Assembly (NCBI GenBank): GCA_010093995.1
Contig: ML992510.1
Coordinates: forward strand, 1 to 64,000
DNA: 64,000 nt
Direction of reading: 5' to 3'
From: Elsinoe ampelina
Lineage: Eukaryota
The translations under genes and the position numbers were made by a program. The notes under the pieces are model-generated. The model had not been told where the DNA came from and did not search any database. It saw nothing but the letters and a program-made list of their open reading frames with translations. This document shows, piece after piece, positions 60,397-64,000 of the stretch (position 1 is its first letter; every line of letters starts with the position of its first letter).

Positions 60397-61057
60397 GGCG
60401 AGCATGTGACAGGATCGCCCTGCACAAGCAGATCTTTGTCGTTGTCTCAAACATTTCTTGTACATACATACTTGAAGCATACATCAATTCCAGTGGTGAA
60501 TGGCCCCCACAGATATTGTCATTGACTTTGTGAACAAGCCCACATCTCGACGTGAAAGTCGCACAAATTCAGGCGCGGCCCATTCAGCTGGTGACCCTGA
60601 GGAACTCAGCCCCGCTGTGTCTCTATCACACACCTCTTGAAACACTTTGCTGACCCCAACTCTTGATTTGTGTCCCTTCTCTTCCACAACGAGGACGGCC
60701 TTCCGAGCGACCATACTCCGAGCTTGACCAATCGGTTCTGCCTCTCGGGCTCCTTTTGCGATATTACCAACCTGCTCTTCCTACCACAGTACCTAGAGAA
60801 GCTCTACCCACCGTCCAAAAGCAGGCAGCTGCGAGCTGCGAACAAGCCGAGATCATGTCTTGTAAGTCACTCTGTGCCTGGGCAATACGAACAGTCTGCC
60901 CGACAGAAGCTCCATGGCAATCGCGACTGTGCACAAAGGCATCCCGGTCTTTCTTCGTTCAATGCTTCGAGTCTGCTCCTTTGCACTCTTGCACGCATTG
61001 CAACCCAATCCCTGATATATCCTCAACTCCAATTCCTATACACCTAGACTGACCATC

Positions 61058-62449
61058 ATGCCAGTCGCGAATATGATGAGCAAGCTGCAGGGCCAGCCTG
61101 ACAGCTACGACAAAAAGTATGTACCGATTGCATTTCTACAAAACAGTCAAGCATAAGAGCTGGGAGATCATCGGACTGTATTAGGCCAGGACTAACCCTG
61201 CACAGATCGAAATACAGGTTCGGCAAGACACTAGGTGCAGGCACCTACGGTATCGTCAGAGAGGCCGAATCTCCGCACGGCAAGGTCGCGGTAAAGATCA
61301 TCCTCAAGAAGAATGTCAAGGGCAATGATCAGATGGTCTACGATGAGCTCGAGATGCTGCAGAAGCTACGACACACACACATTGTCAAATTCTACGACTG
61401 GTTTGAATCGAGAGACAAGTACTATATTGTAACCCAGCTGGCTACTGGAGGAGAATTGTTCGACCGCATTTGTGAGAAGGGTCGCTTCACCGAGAAGGAT
61501 GCTTCGGGTACGATCAAGCAAGTACTGGAGGCTGTAGAGTACCTACACAAGAACGACGTTGTGCACAGAGGTACGATTGCGCTCAGTGAGGATAGCGCAC
61601 ACCAGGCGGACTGACTCGACCAGATCTGAAACCAGAGAACCTTCTCTACCTCACAAAGGCCGAGGACTCATCGCTGGTATTAGCAGACTTCGGCATTGCA
61701 AAGCATCTCGACTCTCCTGATGGTATGCTCAAGACGATGGCTGGCTCATTCGGATATGCAGCTCCAGAGATTATGCTGAAGCAAGGTCATGGCAAACCTG
61801 TGGATATGTGGTCGATGGGGGTTATTACCTACACACTACTCTGCGGGTACTCACCATTCCGAAGCGAGAATCTCCCAGATCTGATCGATGAGACCAAGCA
61901 CGGCCGCGTCATCTTCCATGAGAGGTATTGGAAGGATGTCAGCAAAGAAGGCAAGGAATTCATCCTGACGCTACTACAACCTGAGGCGGGTAGCAGAGCG
62001 ACTGCGTCGGTGAGTAGTGCTTATGTGACCGGAAAGACTTTGCTGATCTCGGATAGCAAGCACTCAAGCACCCTTGGATCGCCGGCAAGGTCGCAGGCGA
62101 CCACAACTTAATTCCCGAGATCAAGGCATACCTGGCAAAGGCTCGCCTAAAGCGAGGTGTGGAGATGGTCAAGCTCGCCAACCGTATCGAGTCCCTCAAG
62201 ATGCAGGAGGACGACGAAGAGGAAGCGCAGTCGCCACATCCAGACATTCCGAAAGGCGCCGACGCACTTGCCGGCCGGACCGACAGCAAGAGTGTCAAGT
62301 CAACGCAGAGCTCTGGGTCTGGCAAATCAAGATTGAGCAAGGCTGCGAAGAGTGCGATATTCCGCGAGGTCGTGCTGGCAAAGGTGAGGGAGATGAAGGC
62401 TGAGAACGAGAAGACGCAAGTAGCTAGTGGCACGATGAAGCCGACATAG
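61058..62449 (+). CDS. Calcium/calmodulin-dependent protein kinase (CmkA/Cmk1-like), 4 exons
   Basis: [40 protein letters not shown], CaM-binding [17 protein letters not shown]. Confidence 0.93.
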
Positions 62450-63003
62450 CAGATGGCGAAGTGATGTGTATTCGATCAGGGTAGTATGGCGCTGGTGTGT
62501 TCCTCGACAGCTATCACCGAAAGCTGCAGTAGCGAGGAGCTCAGTACTTCTTATTCAGCATCGCGACCTAGGATGAAAGACCACGGATCGTCGTAGGTCC
62601 AAGAATGAAATGATACGTCAATTGCATCACACTCAATGACCCTGATGTGCTTTGGCTAAGTTCAACCAAGCATCCGGAAAAATAGACATGCCATTTTCCC
62701 AAGCCAGCGCCCCCTCCCCTCCCGAGGTCGTGCCCCCGCTTTGCTGGTCTCGGCAAACCGGTGGGAGCTGACCTGGCCCCGAACATCTCTCCTCTTTGGC
62801 ACTAAACCTGTGATGCCACCTTCCGAACAAATTATGACATGTGCTCTTCGGGCTATCATCCCCCGGTAGCGTGATGGCTACAGACCTTGGCCAAGCAGGC
62901 AGGTAATCCGAAAACGATGGCATGAATGTGATTTAATGGAGCGAGTCGCTCTCTCGTGAGTAGATGCGGTGAGATCCTTTTACGCTCTTCCCGCATTTCT
63001 GTC

Positions 63004-64000
63004 ATGGTTAATAATAGACTCTTATCCCTTCTGGGTGCCATCGCGACTCCTGCCTTCGCGGCATGGATCGTACCAGGTGGCAGATGGTACGACACGGCCA
63101 ACAACCTCGTCAATGCCCACGCTGGCGGCATCACACTGGACCCAGCATCAGGTCGCTACTTCTGGTACGGAGAATACAAGATCCAAGGTCAGGTTGAAGG
63201 TGGTGGCGTCAAAGCGTACAGCTCGACTGATCTCGCGACATGGAAAGACGAAGGCATGGCTCTCCAGGCCATCGAAGGACATCCTTACCTCGACCCAAAG
63301 ATGATCATTCAGCGACCCAAGGTTGTCTACAGCGACGTCAGCAAGGAGTATCAGATGTGGTGGCATGCCGACAATTCCACTTACGGTCTTCTCCTACAAG
63401 GATATGCAAAGTCTTCCACTCCTGCCGGACCGTTCGAGTTTGTCAGCGCAACTGCTCCACTAGGAAACTGGAGCCAGGACTTTGGCATCTTTGAGGACTA
63501 CAAGGACGGTAAGGTGTATGCTCTGTACTCGAACGGCGACCGACGCGAGGGGAGGGATGTGTACTTGACTTCGTACAATGAGGACGTTACAGCCCTGGAT
63601 CAGGTTGTCCATCGCTTCGACAAGTATGATCTCGAAGCGCCTACAATCATTCAGACGGAGCAGAGCTACTATGCTTTGATGTCACACAAGACTGGCTACA
63701 GGCCAAACAATGTGGTAGCTTTCCGTGCGGACAATTTGGCTGGGCCGTGGTCGCAGCCTTTCATCATTAACCCCTTGAATACTCGAGGCTTCAACTCGCA
63801 ATCCGGCTTCTCCTTGCGAATCAATGGCACCGAAAAGACAACATATTTGTACGTCGGCGACCAGTGGGACTCCAACTCGCTCTGGGAGAGCCGCTACATC
63901 TGGTTGCCAATGGAAATCGACGACGAGAAGAAGACCCTTGACCTGGTCTGGCATGATGTGTATGACCTGAACATGTAAGCATGCCCTTACTTCAGAACGT
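63004..64000 (+). CDS. Secreted GH43 glycosidase (exo-beta-1,3-galactanase-like subfamily); probably continues beyond the window
   Basis: Signal peptide, NAHAGGI, WYGE, YSSTDL, QRPKVVY, EAP, SQS, GDQW, Y.WLP. A GTAAGC donor at about 63975 overlaps the apparent stop. Confidence 0.85.

Noticed and set aside
1..64000. tRNA, rRNA, CRISPR arrays, telomeric repeats, secondary-metabolite backbone genes
   Set aside because: None recognised by eye; tRNAscan-SE and Rfam would be needed to exclude small RNAs.

Overview
Gene-dense eukaryotic DNA from a filamentous ascomycete. Evidence: GT-AG introns with CTRAC branch points, a RIP-like AT-rich left edge, and Pezizomycotina-type gene families; Dothideomycete affinity is only an impression. 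About 25 mostly housekeeping genes are recognisable: UBE2W-like E2, RPS19, malic enzyme, importin-11, GFA, RPC34, BuGZ, Y14, ENA ATPase, amidase, APRT, RidA, Fun30, VMA21, DUF2406, chitin deacetylase, NCS1 permease, Dom34, Ams1, Nudix, CMK and GH43. Signals not visible in the ORF track: (1) a complete TPP riboswitch in the 5'-UTR intron of the NCS1 permease, with alternative donors, an out-of-frame uORF and a candidate donor-masking helix; (2) a membrane-anchored alpha/beta-hydrolase fused to a metazoan-type cysteine RNA 5'-triphosphatase; (3) two accessory islands (about 16-18 kb and 21.5-27.6 kb) with two paralogues of an unrecognised multi-GATA-like-finger protein flanked by clustered CTACCA(G) motifs, plus a decayed Helitron and a perfect 155-bp MITE; (4) recurrent sharp C-rich to G-rich strand-skew switches independent of gene orientation. 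Intron boundaries and motifs were read by eye; no database searches were run.
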